Part shown: in pieces, positions 1-11,703 of the stretch
How the letters are laid out: every line of letters starts with the position of its first letter
Numbering within the stretch: position 1 is the first letter of the stretch
Assembly: GCA_043228905.1 (NCBI GenBank)
Contig: JBHGNT010000005.1
Span: forward strand, 4,650,001 to 4,714,000
Origin: Azolla caroliniana
Taxonomy: Eukaryota; Plantae; Polypodiophyta
Direction: 5' to 3'
Length of the DNA: 64,000 nt
Made by a program: the position numbers and the translations under genes
Notes under the pieces: generated by a model
What the model saw: the letters and a program-made list of their open reading frames with translations, nothing else
What the model was told of the DNA's origin: nothing
Databases searched by the model: none

Positions 1-77
1 ATGTTGATTCTCTTTGAAGTTGGTACTTCCATTCTTTTTGTCCTTCTGATATGATATTAAAAATGCAATTGATGTAG

Positions 78-1696
78 ATACTAAGAAGCATGAAGCTGAT
101 GGGAGAGTCATCTTTGTTGAATTCAATAGTTTTTATCTGATGAACACATATGCTCCTAACAATGGATGGAAAGATGAAGAGTCATCTTTCCAAAGGAGAA
201 GAAAATGGGATCAAAGGATCCTGGATTTTGTTTCAAAAAGATCTGCGAAGCCCTTAATATGGTGCGGAGATTTGAATGTCAGGTAATAACCAAACCATAT
301 TGCTTCCATACAGTCCATGTTGATGTAGTTTGTTTTAATTTTATAAACTTTATTTTTAAACTAATTAATATTTTTATTTTTGATGTAAAGCCATGGGGAA
401 ATAGATGTAAGTCACCCTGAGTTTTTCAAGACTGCAAAGCAACAAGGATATGTTCCTCCTAATAGTGAGGTATTCTGTAGTTTACCATTGTATAGTGTTG
501 AAATCAAATTTATTGATATATATGATGCTGTTTTAAGAGGGAAAGAAAACCTTGAGGCTCATACATTTAGGTTTTCCATGTTGGGAGAGAAAATTTACAT
601 TCTTCTAAAAGATGTAATATCCAAATTGATGTGTAATAGAATCTAGATAAAGATTGATCTGCTATTGACATATGTTTCAAACGTTTTTTAAAAATTAAAC
701 TTTGGTTGATGTATTCTTTGTAGGACAGTGGTCAACCTGGGTTTACGCAAGCTGAGCGAGACAGGTTTTCAAGAATATTGAAGGAGTACGATTTTTCATC
801 TATTTTGTTTTGTTCCAGAATATGATGATGAGAAGATGATTTCAGTACAGTTTCTTGATTGAAAAGACTTTCATGATTCCTGGGAGTTGATTGCTAACCT
901 TATCTGTTTAGCATACAGTGGAGATTTGATTGATACATATCGGTTTCTGCACATGCAAAAAGACATGGATGGAGGATTCAGTTGGTCTGGGCATCCGATT
1001 GGAAAGTATGCTATTTATTCTTATATTTAATCTTCTATATATCCAGATGATTAATCTGAAAAAATGTGTTTTTGCAAAGTTTTAAAAACATGTGAGTTGC
1101 AATATATGCACTTTCTAAAAAGTCTTTGCTGCTTTCATGTGAATGGGATTCCAAATCAAGTCTTTATAGTGTTCTCCATTTCAACAACTTGATTCAATTT
1201 GAGTTTCCAGTCCCATCATGCAAATCCGAATCTTAATAAATTTGGATTGCTTTATTTATTTTGGTTAGATATCGCGGCAAGCGCATGAGAATAGACTACT
1301 TCTTGATTGCTAGGGAGCTACTTCCAAGACTTGTGAAGAGTGAGATACATGGCCATGGTATCGAACTGGAAGGTAATAAAACCTGGCAACCTCACCGCAT
1401 AAATATTTATAAATGCAAATGTGTGTTTGCTTCCATGATTTGATCAAGGGAAAACTGTGTAATTGCCACATAAAGATTTATAAATACAAATGAGCATTAA
1501 CTTTCATTAACCAGAAGTTAAAATAAACATTTCAAGGATCTTAATTTGATCCAATTCCATATATAATGAAGATGGTCACATCAGGTTTTATGATCTGATT
1601 CAAGTCTATGATAATAATACAGGGTTTTATGGAAGTGATCACTGTCCTATCACCATGGAGTTAACATTGGAGCCAAACTTAACAGTTGTGCCATGA
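78..1696 (+). CDS. APE1L: DNA-(apurinic/apyrimidinic site) endonuclease APE1L-type, 3' part (5' exons lie upstream of the window)
   Basis: GT-AG exons 78-282, 391-469, 724-785, 919-1005, 1269-1372 and 1623-1696 join in frame. They give HEADGRVIFVEF..NTYAPNNGWKDEE..WCGDLNVSH..GQPGFT..FSWSGHPIGKYRGKRMRIDYF..GSDHCP, the ExoIII/APE catalytic motifs with the NNGWK signature of plant APE1L. Confidence 0.93.
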
Positions 1697-3260
1697 CTGA
1701 CAACAACAATGGCACCACTATTCTGTTTTTTATTCAATTGAAGCTGATCTGAGCAAATTATGTTATGCACCACCATTTCTGGGGATTCATGTCTAATTTT
1801 GCCTAGTGGAAAATGCTCTCTCTATTGGGAGAACCCATTCCCATCCTCGCCAAGGGCTAGGCCCCATCTAATAGAATGCAATTGGTCTCCTGTGGACGGT
1901 AACAAGATAATTATCTACCTCTCTCTGTCAATGAGAGAACTTGGATTCAATCAATATGTTCAGAGATGCAGTGTGTGGTCAGATATATAAACATATACCA
2001 ATGTGAAATGTAAAACCATTGATAGCGGCTCCACTAAATTCTTGAGCATCGTTGAACAAGGATGCCTAGTGTTACACAAACTATTTGATCTCTGGGTTGA
2101 GGAAATCATTTACATATTCAAATACAGATGCATGTTTATTTTACTATTATTGTTTGCAATATGCAATCTTTTGTTTGGATGGTTATATAATGATGGTAGA
2201 CGTCTTCTTAAGTTTTTTATGAGTTCAGTGGCCTCTCACAAGATTAACTAACAAAGATAAGAGATGATCATCAGTGAGTGCAAGCACAAGAACTAACTGG
2301 CCCTAACTGCGGTGTAAAGCTACATTATCCTATCATCAAAACAAAAATGGGCATAAAATTATCATGTTGCCTTGACTTGCATGCAAAGACTGAATAACTA
2401 TTTTGCAAGAGGCTACAACCCCGGACTGAAAAGAGACAACCAATTTGATTCGATGAAATCTTTGCAAATTCATCTGGATGAATGTTACAAATGTTAACCC
2501 AAATAATGATATTGAGTGCATGAAAATAAGAATGGCAACTCTAATTGGAACAATCAGTAAGAGGGGTACTATGACAAAAAAGACAAACATACATGTTTTG
2601 GTTTTATGCAGGAACAAAAATGCACAATGCTCTGCTGTACCAATGTATCAAGGCATGATAAGTAGGTTGTTAGTTCCATATCACTAAAGATTGTACAATA
2701 ATAGCTGGTACTTGGAGCAACTATAAATATACAGTAAAAAATTGCATTGTATACAAAGCATGGCAATCTATGTCTTAGCTTTGTAAAGAATAGAAGAGAG
2801 TTCTTATTGCTCCCGTAGGTTGCAAAGTTACTAACAAACCACACATTGAGCTGTAAAGAACAAAAGTGGCCCATTCCTTGTGATATTAAAGTATTCTAGG
2901 TTCAAGCTAAACATGATTCTACTTTTCCAGAAACCAGTTTGTTTAAACCATTTCTAGAGGAAAGTACAAATGGCAAGATGTTGGACAAACATAATTTGTG
3001 GCAGCTAAGACACAGCAAAGTTGAGAATTCAAAACATTATATTTCAATCTGTCAATCATAATGTCAGCAAACTATTTATGTTGCTAAATGTGATTGTCTT
3101 TGCTATCTAAGATATTGTTGTTCTCCCATGAGCCAAATATGAAAACTAACATAGAAACTAAAAGTAAAGCAAAAACAATCACATTTAACAACATAAATAG
3201 TTTGCTGACATATTGATTGAAAGATTGCAATATAAAGTTCGGAATTCTTGACCAAACCAT

Positions 3261-4033
3261 AGTCATGTGAGGAAGTATATTTAGCTTATTGTTGGTGTAT
3301 GGAACATCCCAATGCATCGGTGTTCAACCATAACGCGTAATCACCCACAAGTACATTCACCTTTCTCAAAACTATGAACATATTTTGCATCATTCACATG
3401 AATCCAACGTTTCTCTATTCTTGATATCAGGGAGGTACAAAAATGGCAATCATGACACCCGCATATTCTTTGAACATGTATAGGCATGCCATCTGGTGTA
3501 TGGATGAGGGAATAAGCAGATGTGAGGGAGTATATTTAGCTTATCGTTGGTCTATGAACATTCCAATGCATCTATGCTCAACCATAACGTGTAATCACCC
3601 ACAAGTACATTTGCCATTCTCAAAACTATGAACATATTTTGCATCATTCACATGAATGCAACGTTTCTCTATTCTTGATATCAGGGAGGTACAAAAATGG
3701 CAATCATGACACCCGCATATTCTTTGAAATATGTATAGGCATGCCATCTGGTGTATGGATGAGGGCATATGCAGTCATGTGAGGGAGTATATTTAGCTTA
3801 TTGTTGGTGTATAGAACATCCCAATGCATCTGTGTTCAACCATAACGTGCTATCGCCCACAAGTACATTCGCCATTCTCGAAACTATGAACATATTTCGC
3901 ATCATTCACCTGAATCCGACGTTTTTCTATTCTTGATATCAGGGAGGTAGAAAAATGGCAATCATGACACATCCGCATATTCTTTGAAACATGTATAGGC
4001 ATGCCATTTGGTGTATGGGTGAGGGCACATGCA
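3261..4033. repeat. Three tandem copies (~256 bp) of the DYW C-terminal coding tail plus ~75 bp of 3' flank
   Basis: Anchor tgtgagg(a/g)agtatatttagc at 3266, 3521 and 3778 (periods 255 and 257). The third copy is the real 3' end of the PPR gene. Confidence 0.95.
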
Positions 4034-6453
4034 ATGGCCAGCTTTACACCATGGTCACACAAAACATTCTTTTCTTTTTCATCTACAATGGCTTGTGGTA
4101 TCACCCAATCCAAACCTGGCGAACAACCTTCCTCTATTAGTTTCCTATGGATTTTTTCTAGCTTTTCATAAATGGGTATATTTTCTGGATGTATTCGATC
4201 TGACACATGAAAACAATATGGATTTCTATGTACATCATCACTCCACCACCAACAGCATCCTGGCATCACCCATGCTTTATTCTTCACTCTCAATGCCTTT
4301 ACTCCATGTGCCTCTTTTTGCATTCCAGCTGATACATATATATTTTGCATACAAATATATGCACCAGCACACTTTTCATCCAAATGTATGGATTTGTCAA
4401 AAGCCCATTTCCCAAGCTTCACATTCCTCCATTCTTTGCAAGCACCCAATACAGTCAGGAATAGGAAGATATGAGTCGAATGTGCTACCTTATCAAGCAA
4501 TGCTTTAACCTTGTCAAAGTGTCCAGCACGACCAAATAGATCAATCATACATGTGTAGTGTTCTAGCGTTGGGCTGAGAAAATAATGTGCACACATGTCA
4601 TCAAACAACTTTTCTCCCTCTTTTATTAGACCTGAATGGCTACACGCAGTGAGCAAAACTATGAACGTCACTGAGTTTGGCACGATACCTTCAGTTCTCA
4701 TTCTTTTATACAAGTTCAAAACGCTATTAGCTTGACCTAGCTGGGCATATCCTGCAATTAGAGCACTCCATGATGCAACGTTTTGCACTGGAAGCTGCTC
4801 AAATACTTCTTGAGCTTTTTGAATCGCACTACACTTAGAATACATGTCTACCAATGTGGTGCCAAGCAAAATATCTTTTTGCAATAACCCTTGCCTTCTG
4901 ACCTCGGTATCTATATCTTTTCCAACCTCTATTGACCCCACAATGCCACAAGCTTTCAAAACACAAATATAAGTTACAACATCCGGACTTATTCTTGCAT
5001 CTTGCAGTTTCTTGAAGAATTTCAATGCTTCATAACCCAGCCCATGTTGGACATACCCAGTAATCATAGCATTCCATGAGACCACATTCTGCTCTGGAAG
5101 CTGTGCAAATACTTCATGTGCTTTCTCCAATGCACCGCATTTAGAGTACATGTCCACCAATGCATTTCCGAGCATGACCTCTTTCTGCAATAAACCATGC
5201 TTTCTCACCTCAATGTCTAAATCTTCCCCCATCTCTAAAGACCCTACAATCCCACAGGCTTTTAGAATGCAGATATAAGTTACTACGTTTGGACCAATGC
5301 CAAGGTCTCGCATATGTTTGAAGCATTTCAATGCTTCATGTCCACACCCATGGTGGACATATCCTGTGATCAATGCATTCCAAGTCACTATATTCCTCAC
5401 TTGAAGGTTCTCAAATACATCTCGTGCTTTCTCCAATGCACCACATTTGGCATACATGTCCACCAATGCGTTGCCAAGCATGACATCATTCTCCAACAAC
5501 CCTTTCATTCTGATTTCAGCATCTATATCTTCCCCAATCTCTAGAGACCCAACAATTGCACAAGCTTTCAAAATGCAAGCATAAGTTTTCGCATTTGGAC
5601 ACACTCCCATGTCTTGCATCTGCCGGAAGCATTTCAATGCTTCATCACCAAGCCCATGTTGAGTATATCCAGTGATAAGGGCACTCCAAGTCACAACATT
5701 TCTCATTGGCAGACATTCGAATACCTCTTGAGCTTTCTCTAATGCACCAAATTTTGCATACATATCCACTAATGCAGTTCCTAGCACAACATCCTTATGC
5801 AGTAATCCTCTCTTTCTGACCTCGGCAGCTATATATTCCCCCATCTGTAGAGACCCAACAATGGTACAAGCTTTCAAAATACATATATAAGTGACCACAT
5901 TTGGGCATATATGGGCATCTTCTTGCATCTGTTTAAAGCATTTCAACGCTTCACTACTAAGTCCATGTTGGGCATATCCAGCAATGAGAGCATTCCACGA
6001 CACAACATCACGAACTGGAAGTTGCTCAAACACTTCCCGTGCTTTCTCAAGGTCTCTACACTTAGCATATGTCGTAATCAAAGAAGTGCCAATACAAGCA
6101 TCTTTTACAATCAAATCTTTTTCGACAATATCAGCATGTATACGTCTCGCATTATATATGTTCTTCTCTTTCTGACACAGCTTCATTAAATTCATAATCT
6201 CCGTTCTTTGATGAAATGAATACGGTTCTTTTTTTGGAAGGTTTTCATGAATATGATTATTACCTTGATACTCTCTTGTTTGTTTGTGGCTCAAGGAAAG
6301 AGGTATTGGGTTCCTCTGTGATTGGAAGGTCAGCAAAGTTTTTTCATTAATGGGTCCAAAAATTTCAGCGAAAGAAGAAGAAGAAACTCTTACAGAAGTT
6401 GTTGTGTTTACTGGACGATGTGGGTTGTCTGAGAATGTATCTATAGAGGCCAT
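3850..6453 (-). CDS. PLS-class PPR protein with E1/E2 and a degenerate DYW:WW-type deaminase domain (PPR-1)
   Basis: 867-aa intronless ORF with P-L-S triplets, P2-L2-S2 (LEHYTCMIDLFGRAG), E motifs, a PGCCWWW box, LCDHGVKLAIACAL, CHDCH and the terminus HSFENGECTCGR. Confidence 0.95.
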   Translation of the reverse strand: MASIDTFSDNPHRPVNTTTSVRVSSSSFAEIFGPINEKTLLTFQSQRNPIPLSLSHKQTREYQGNNHIHENLPKKEPYSFHQRTEIMNLMKLCQKEKNIYNARRIHADIVEKDLIVKDACIGTSLITTYAKCRDLEKAREVFEQLPVRDVVSWNALIAGYAQHGLSSEALKCFKQMQEDAHICPNVVTYICILKACTIVGSLQMGEYIAAEVRKRGLLHKDVVLGTALVDMYAKFGALEKAQEVFECLPMRNVVTWSALITGYTQHGLGDEALKCFRQMQDMGVCPNAKTYACILKACAIVGSLEIGEDIDAEIRMKGLLENDVMLGNALVDMYAKCGALEKARDVFENLQVRNIVTWNALITGYVHHGCGHEALKCFKHMRDLGIGPNVVTYICILKACGIVGSLEMGEDLDIEVRKHGLLQKEVMLGNALVDMYSKCGALEKAHEVFAQLPEQNVVSWNAMITGYVQHGLGYEALKFFKKLQDARISPDVVTYICVLKACGIVGSIEVGKDIDTEVRRQGLLQKDILLGTTLVDMYSKCSAIQKAQEVFEQLPVQNVASWSALIAGYAQLGQANSVLNLYKRMRTEGIVPNSVTFIVLLTACSHSGLIKEGEKLFDDMCAHYFLSPTLEHYTCMIDLFGRAGHFDKVKALLDKVAHSTHIFLFLTVLGACKEWRNVKLGKWAFDKSIHLDEKCAGAYICMQNIYVSAGMQKEAHGVKALRVKNKAWVMPGCCWWWSDDVHRNPYCFHVSDRIHPENIPIYEKLEKIHRKLIEEGCSPGLDWVIPQAIVDEKEKNVLCDHGVKLAIACALTHTPNGMPIHVSKNMRMCHDCHFSTSLISRIEKRRIQVNDAKYVHSFENGECTCGR

Positions 6454-6584
6454 AGATATTAAGTGTGTCTTGTGTTCGCTCGCTGGCTATATACATACAC
6501 ATACGTACATATTATGTATGTATATATGTATGTATACATACATATTTTTATATCTATGCACATACATACATATACACATGCGAT

Positions 6585-6780
6585 GGAAGATTTATCAGAA
6601 TACCCTTACATTTCAGGAAATTCCCAAATTACCCCTGGTACTCTCAAAATACCCTCCTTTCTACTATTCCTGAATGAGATCGTTCTTTTTCCACCAATTG
6701 CATGGAACTCCTTCTACCCTAACTACTTAATTGGAATGTTGAAGAATTCAGCTCCTCGGATCGATCAATTACTTCATGGA
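6585..6780 (+). mobile_element. Mutator-like terminal inverted repeat remnant (left arm)
   Basis: GGAAGATTTATCAGAATACCCTTACATTTCAGGAAATTCCCAAATTACCCC, with repeated AAATACCC motifs; patchy similarity to the reverse complement of 11320-11500. Confidence 0.4.
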
Positions 6781-7610
6781 ACATTATAACTAGTTCATAT
6801 TATGCCTGATTGAGTAATCTTATTGCATGTATGTTTACTGTCTTATTCCCCATGGAATCTCTTAATTTACTTTTACAATAGAGGTCACTTAATTCATTAT
6901 TGAGTCGTATTAACATAAAAAAAGGTGGTACTACATCTTAATTGGTAGATATGTGGCCGAAGAAGAGTCTTTTCATTTGAGATAAGGGTTTAGGGTTGGT
7001 ACTACATCTTAATTCATGTTTATTTTAAGGTAGACATCTTAAAGAATTGTGCCACGAATTAATTGAAGGGTTGATTTATCAATGTATATGCTCTTGGTTA
7101 AACATCCTCAAGAAGTGGATGTTTATAAACTTCATTGAATGTTTATGAACAAGTCGATGGAAGATTGAATACATTTTCCATGTACTATTACTATGTTCAC
7201 AAATTTGGCTTGGATATGTTTACTTAATTGTTCTCATATAAATTGATGATGGGTGTGTTGTTCTCGATCCATGCAATTGTTGTATACATAATTACATATT
7301 TGTTGTCACTATATGTCGATGATGAACACAATCGTATTGATGTTTGGGCTCATGGCACACATTTAAAGATCTTGTTAAATGGTCACAAAGTTTCTTCAAC
7401 ATCATATCATAACATTGGAAAAGTAAGATCCATGGCTACAACCTAAAGTGATGGATGATCCACGCATGCATCAGGACAAGATTGGCCAATGGAGTCATTA
7501 TATAATTCATGTGGGTATTTTGAGGATGTTCTGAATCATCCTGAAAACAATTATGCACATCCCGATTGCCACCAATTCATGAACAAAATGTTCATATCTT
7601 CTTCCATCCT

Positions 7611-9416
7611 CTATGGCTCTTTTTGCATTCCAGCTTCTACATATATATTTTCCATAGTGACATATGCACTGGCACAATTTTCATTCAAGTTTATCAAATG
7701 TTCAAATGCCCATTTGCCAAGCTTCAGATTCCTCCATGTCCTACAAGCACCCAATATAGTCAAGAATAATGGTAGATGGCCCGAATATGACACCTTATCA
7801 AGCAAAGCTTTTGCCATGTCAAAGTGCCCAGCTCGGCCAAATAGATCGATCATACAAGTGTAGTGCTCTAATGTCGGAGTGAGAGAATACTCAACACACA
7901 TCTCTTCAAATAGCTTTTCTCCATCCTTTATTAGACCTGTGTGACTGCATGATGTTAACAGAACAATGAAGGTCACTGAATTTGGCACAACATTTTCGGT
8001 CTTCATTCTTTTATACAAGCCTAAAACTACATTAGCTTGACCTAAGTGGGCATATAGAGTGATCAAAATACTCCATGACACAACATTCTTCTCTGGAAGC
8101 TGCTCGAATACTTCTAGTGCTATTTCCGATGCACCGCACTTCGAATACATGTCCACCAATGCATTGCCAAGCATGAGATCTTTTTGTAATAGTCCTTGCT
8201 TTCTAATCTCAGCAACTATGTCTTCTCCTATCACTTGAAAACCAGCAATGCCACAAGCTTTCAAAATGCATATATAAGTTACTGCATCTGGATGGATTCC
8301 TTTATGTTGCATCTCTTTGAAGCATTTCAATGCTTCTTCCCCAAATCCATGTTCCACATATCCACCAATGAGGGCATTCCATGAAACAATATTCTGTATA
8401 GGAAGAAAATCAAACACTTCTCGTGCTTTCTCTAGTGCACCACACTTGGAATACATATCCACCAGTGAAGTGCCAAGGACAACATCATTTTCCAACAATC
8501 CTTGCTTTCTAACCTCGATATCTATGCCTTCCCCAATCTCTAGAGACCCAATGATGCCACAAGCTTTCAAAATCCCAGCATAAGTCACTGCATTTGGATG
8601 AACTCTAGCATCTTGCATTTCTCTGAAGCATTGCAATGCTTCGTGACCAAGCCCGTGTTGCACATATCCATTGATCATGGCACTCCAAGACACAACATTT
8701 CGCACAGGAAGTTGCTCAAACACCTCCTGTGCTTTCTCCAGCGCACTACATTTCAAATACATGTCTACTAATGCAGTGCCAAGGGCAACATGCTTTTGCA
8801 TTAGCCCTTGCTTTCTGATCTCGAAATCTACATTTTCTCCGATTTTTAGAGATCTGGTAATACCACAAGCTTTTAGAACACACATATAAGTAACAGCATT
8901 CGGGGAGACTCTGGCATCTTGCATCTGCCTAAAGAATTTCAATGCCTCATCACCGTGCCCATGGTGAGCATATCCACCAATGAGGGCACTCCAAGTCACA
9001 ACATTCTTCACAGGAAGTTGTTCAAACGTATCTCGTGCTTTTTCCAGAGCACCACATTTGGAGTACATATCCACCAGTGCAGTGCCAAGCACGACATCTT
9101 TGTGCAATAGCCCCTGTTCTCTGACCTCAGCATCGATATACTCTCCAATCTCTAGGGACCTGACTATGCCACAAGCTTTCAAAACACTAGCATAAATTAC
9201 CGAATTCGGACAAATTTTGGCATCTTGCATTTGCTTGAAGCATTTCAATGCTTCGTGGCCTAGCCCATTTCGGGCATATTTAGTGATCAAAAAGCTCCAT
9301 GACGCAATGCTCATAGGTGGGTCTGGACGCTTCTCAATAACTTCTTCTGCTTTCACCAATCCATTGCATTTAGCATAATTTCTAGCAAGGGTGGGGTTAA
9401 TATAAACATCCTTCAT
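7611..9416 (-). CDS. PLS-class PPR protein truncated in E2 (PPR-2), possibly a pseudogene
   Basis: About 600-aa ORF of PLS triplets; first in-frame ATG at 9416. A homologous N-terminal L motif upstream is broken by a frameshift near 9497. The stop follows AGMQKEP and a degenerate WW-box remnant lies downstream. Confidence 0.85.
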   Translation of the reverse strand: MKDVYINPTLARNYAKCNGLVKAEEVIEKRPDPPMSIASWSFLITKYARNGLGHEALKCFKQMQDAKICPNSVIYASVLKACGIVRSLEIGEYIDAEVREQGLLHKDVVLGTALVDMYSKCGALEKARDTFEQLPVKNVVTWSALIGGYAHHGHGDEALKFFRQMQDARVSPNAVTYMCVLKACGITRSLKIGENVDFEIRKQGLMQKHVALGTALVDMYLKCSALEKAQEVFEQLPVRNVVSWSAMINGYVQHGLGHEALQCFREMQDARVHPNAVTYAGILKACGIIGSLEIGEGIDIEVRKQGLLENDVVLGTSLVDMYSKCGALEKAREVFDFLPIQNIVSWNALIGGYVEHGFGEEALKCFKEMQHKGIHPDAVTYICILKACGIAGFQVIGEDIVAEIRKQGLLQKDLMLGNALVDMYSKCGASEIALEVFEQLPEKNVVSWSILITLYAHLGQANVVLGLYKRMKTENVVPNSVTFIVLLTSCSHTGLIKDGEKLFEEMCVEYSLTPTLEHYTCMIDLFGRAGHFDMAKALLDKVSYSGHLPLFLTILGACRTWRNLKLGKWAFEHLINLNENCASAYVTMENIYVEAGMQKEP

Positions 9417-11319
9417 AATCAAGCCCTTTTTAAGAGCATTGGCAGGTATTCTTTTAACTTCCCATATCTTGTTCTGTTCCTCACATGTCTTTATGAAGAT
9501 TCAAAAGAGCAAAATTTTGTTCATGAAGATATGCTATTAAGGATATAAAAACCAGAAATACTACTGAAAGGGAGGTTCAGAGCTTACCTTATTGGGTTGG
9601 TTGTTGCAGACCTGAGATGGGATTCTGCGGAACAGCTCGAATTGGGAAGCTTTTAAAATCATAGCTACATAATGAGACTCACCCTTGAGACTCTCCTAAC
9701 CTTGTGATGAGATCACATTGATCCGTGTTAGCATCCATATTTCATAGTTATCCCCCACTATATGCGTTCAATCGATCACCTTGTCTTTGATATCTTCAAG
9801 GATCATTTTTCTCCATCTTGTTGGCATTATAATTATGGGCGTGTTTGATGATCTGTATATAGTCTGCACTTATCTTTACAAGATTTGTCTTCTCATATTC
9901 GTTTCCTATTTTATCTGTAGACATGAAGATCAAGAGTTACAGTCGATCTGTCGGTCTTTTATAGCTTCTGGGATCATATTCTGTCATTTAGTTTCTTCTA
10001 GGATCATATTTTCATGGTCTTAGTATATATAGTTTTGCCCATATTTGCTACACATTCATTACAATTGGTGTTATGTTGGTCTGCTAGCCTTTAGCATATA
10101 ATGAGCAAAGGCCATATTTAACTTTGTAGTATTTTCACATACATACTTTGCTCACAATTGAGCTAACACGTAATGTCCTTTGTTTCTTGCTCACATTCCG
10201 GAATGACAAGTTCCGCAATTTATGACATTAGATTTACACCCCCTTGAATGGAAGGATGGACGACAAGGCTATATAGCTAGCAATGTTAGTGTTACGTTGA
10301 TAGGTAATATTTGATATTTCCAAGGATCATTTTCCATATAGTATTAGGCAATACTTTGCCGACATTCAAGTGCCCACATGGGCTTATATTCCATATTTGA
10401 TATGTTGGGGAAATTTACATTTAGAAGATTTTTCACACCCAACTAATGAAAGAATGGGGTCATTCACTCGTGTAATAAGTTATAACATGGAGAAGTTGAA
10501 TGTATACTAGCCATATGATTACCTCATTTGATAAGGTTTATTGGGTGGCTTGTTGAACTAAAATGCGTGGAATCACATACGCACAATGCTACTTATTGTT
10601 TTGGATAAATACCAGTTGTATTACTTGCTTGATTGCCTAACCCTACTAAAGAATTGGCACCATACATATCCAACAAAGGCCGTCCTATATTCATCCTTTT
10701 ATATCCAAGTAATTTGCTCCTTTCCTACCTTATATATGCCTTTAAGATACAAATAAATGTGATAATGCAAAAGTAGTGATGCAATCTTATTACATGCATA
10801 ATTCAAGTTCTGTCGTAAGAATGTTTTGATGGGATACATTGAAGTTTGGGTAACTACGTTTCAATTGGCAATATTCCAAAAGAGTTTTATTCTTTAAAAC
10901 CTTTGGTTCAAGCTCTTGTGTGAGACTTCTGGGATCAAGAATCAAGCTTGTATTTGTTGGCTTTTGAACTATAACCTTGTATGTACAACTTTTGTCCTAA
11001 TACACATGTATTTATTTCCTGATGACACTTGAACATTTGTTGGTGATCAGTTGATGACCTAATGGAATAGAGTTCAAGTGTTAACTATGATGATAATATG
11101 GTAATCAACTCGACAATATGCACAACCATACTCAAGGAGATTATGATGTCAAAGATAGATTAATTATGAAAATGCCCTTTTATTGTGAGGTGTTACAGAT
11201 GTTACTTAGGCGTAATAAGCAATCGACCTATAAGAACTAGTTTCCATTTGTTTCGATTAGTAAGAAGATGAATTAGTTCAACCTTAATTAGTGACATCCA
11301 TGAGCAAATTAGCAAATTT

Positions 11320-11500
11320 GCATTAGATCTAACGAGGGGAAGGACTCACTAATTAGGTTCAAGCCGTCAATGTAAAGAGATTAAGAAAGAGAGAATAGAA
11401 TTGATGGTTAAGACTAATGAATAGCTCATTAAGCCTAATCAAAATGGAGAGGGTATTTTGGTAGTTTCCGAAAGTTAGGTGCATTATCGTTTTAATTTAC
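11320..11500 (-). mobile_element. Mutator-like terminal inverted repeat remnant (right arm)
   Basis: The reverse complement reads GTAAATTAAAACGATAATGCACCTAACTTTCGGAAACTACCAAAATACCCTC and is similar to 6585-6640. Confidence 0.4.
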
Positions 11501-11703
11501 ATTGTGACAGCACAGGGGCATACAGTGTAAATATGTAAAATTGGGAGGGGACGAGCTATTCGTAGAAACATTTGAGCTACGAGGAAAACCATATCTCCTC
11601 TGGGAGCAAGTTTCTTGATTTTGCTTTCAATATCACAGAGAAAACCCTAAATCTTCACCCTCGATGGTGTTGATGATGATTGTGAGGGGCCTCCAATGAT
11701 ATA

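Noticed and set aside
3850-4270. PPR-1 as a U-to-C editing factor (DYW:KP, GRP-type ending) because it ends in CGR
   Set aside because: It has a PG..WW box and KLAIACAL rather than a KP box, and the CGR ending is explained by a 1-nt frameshift of CGD(Y).
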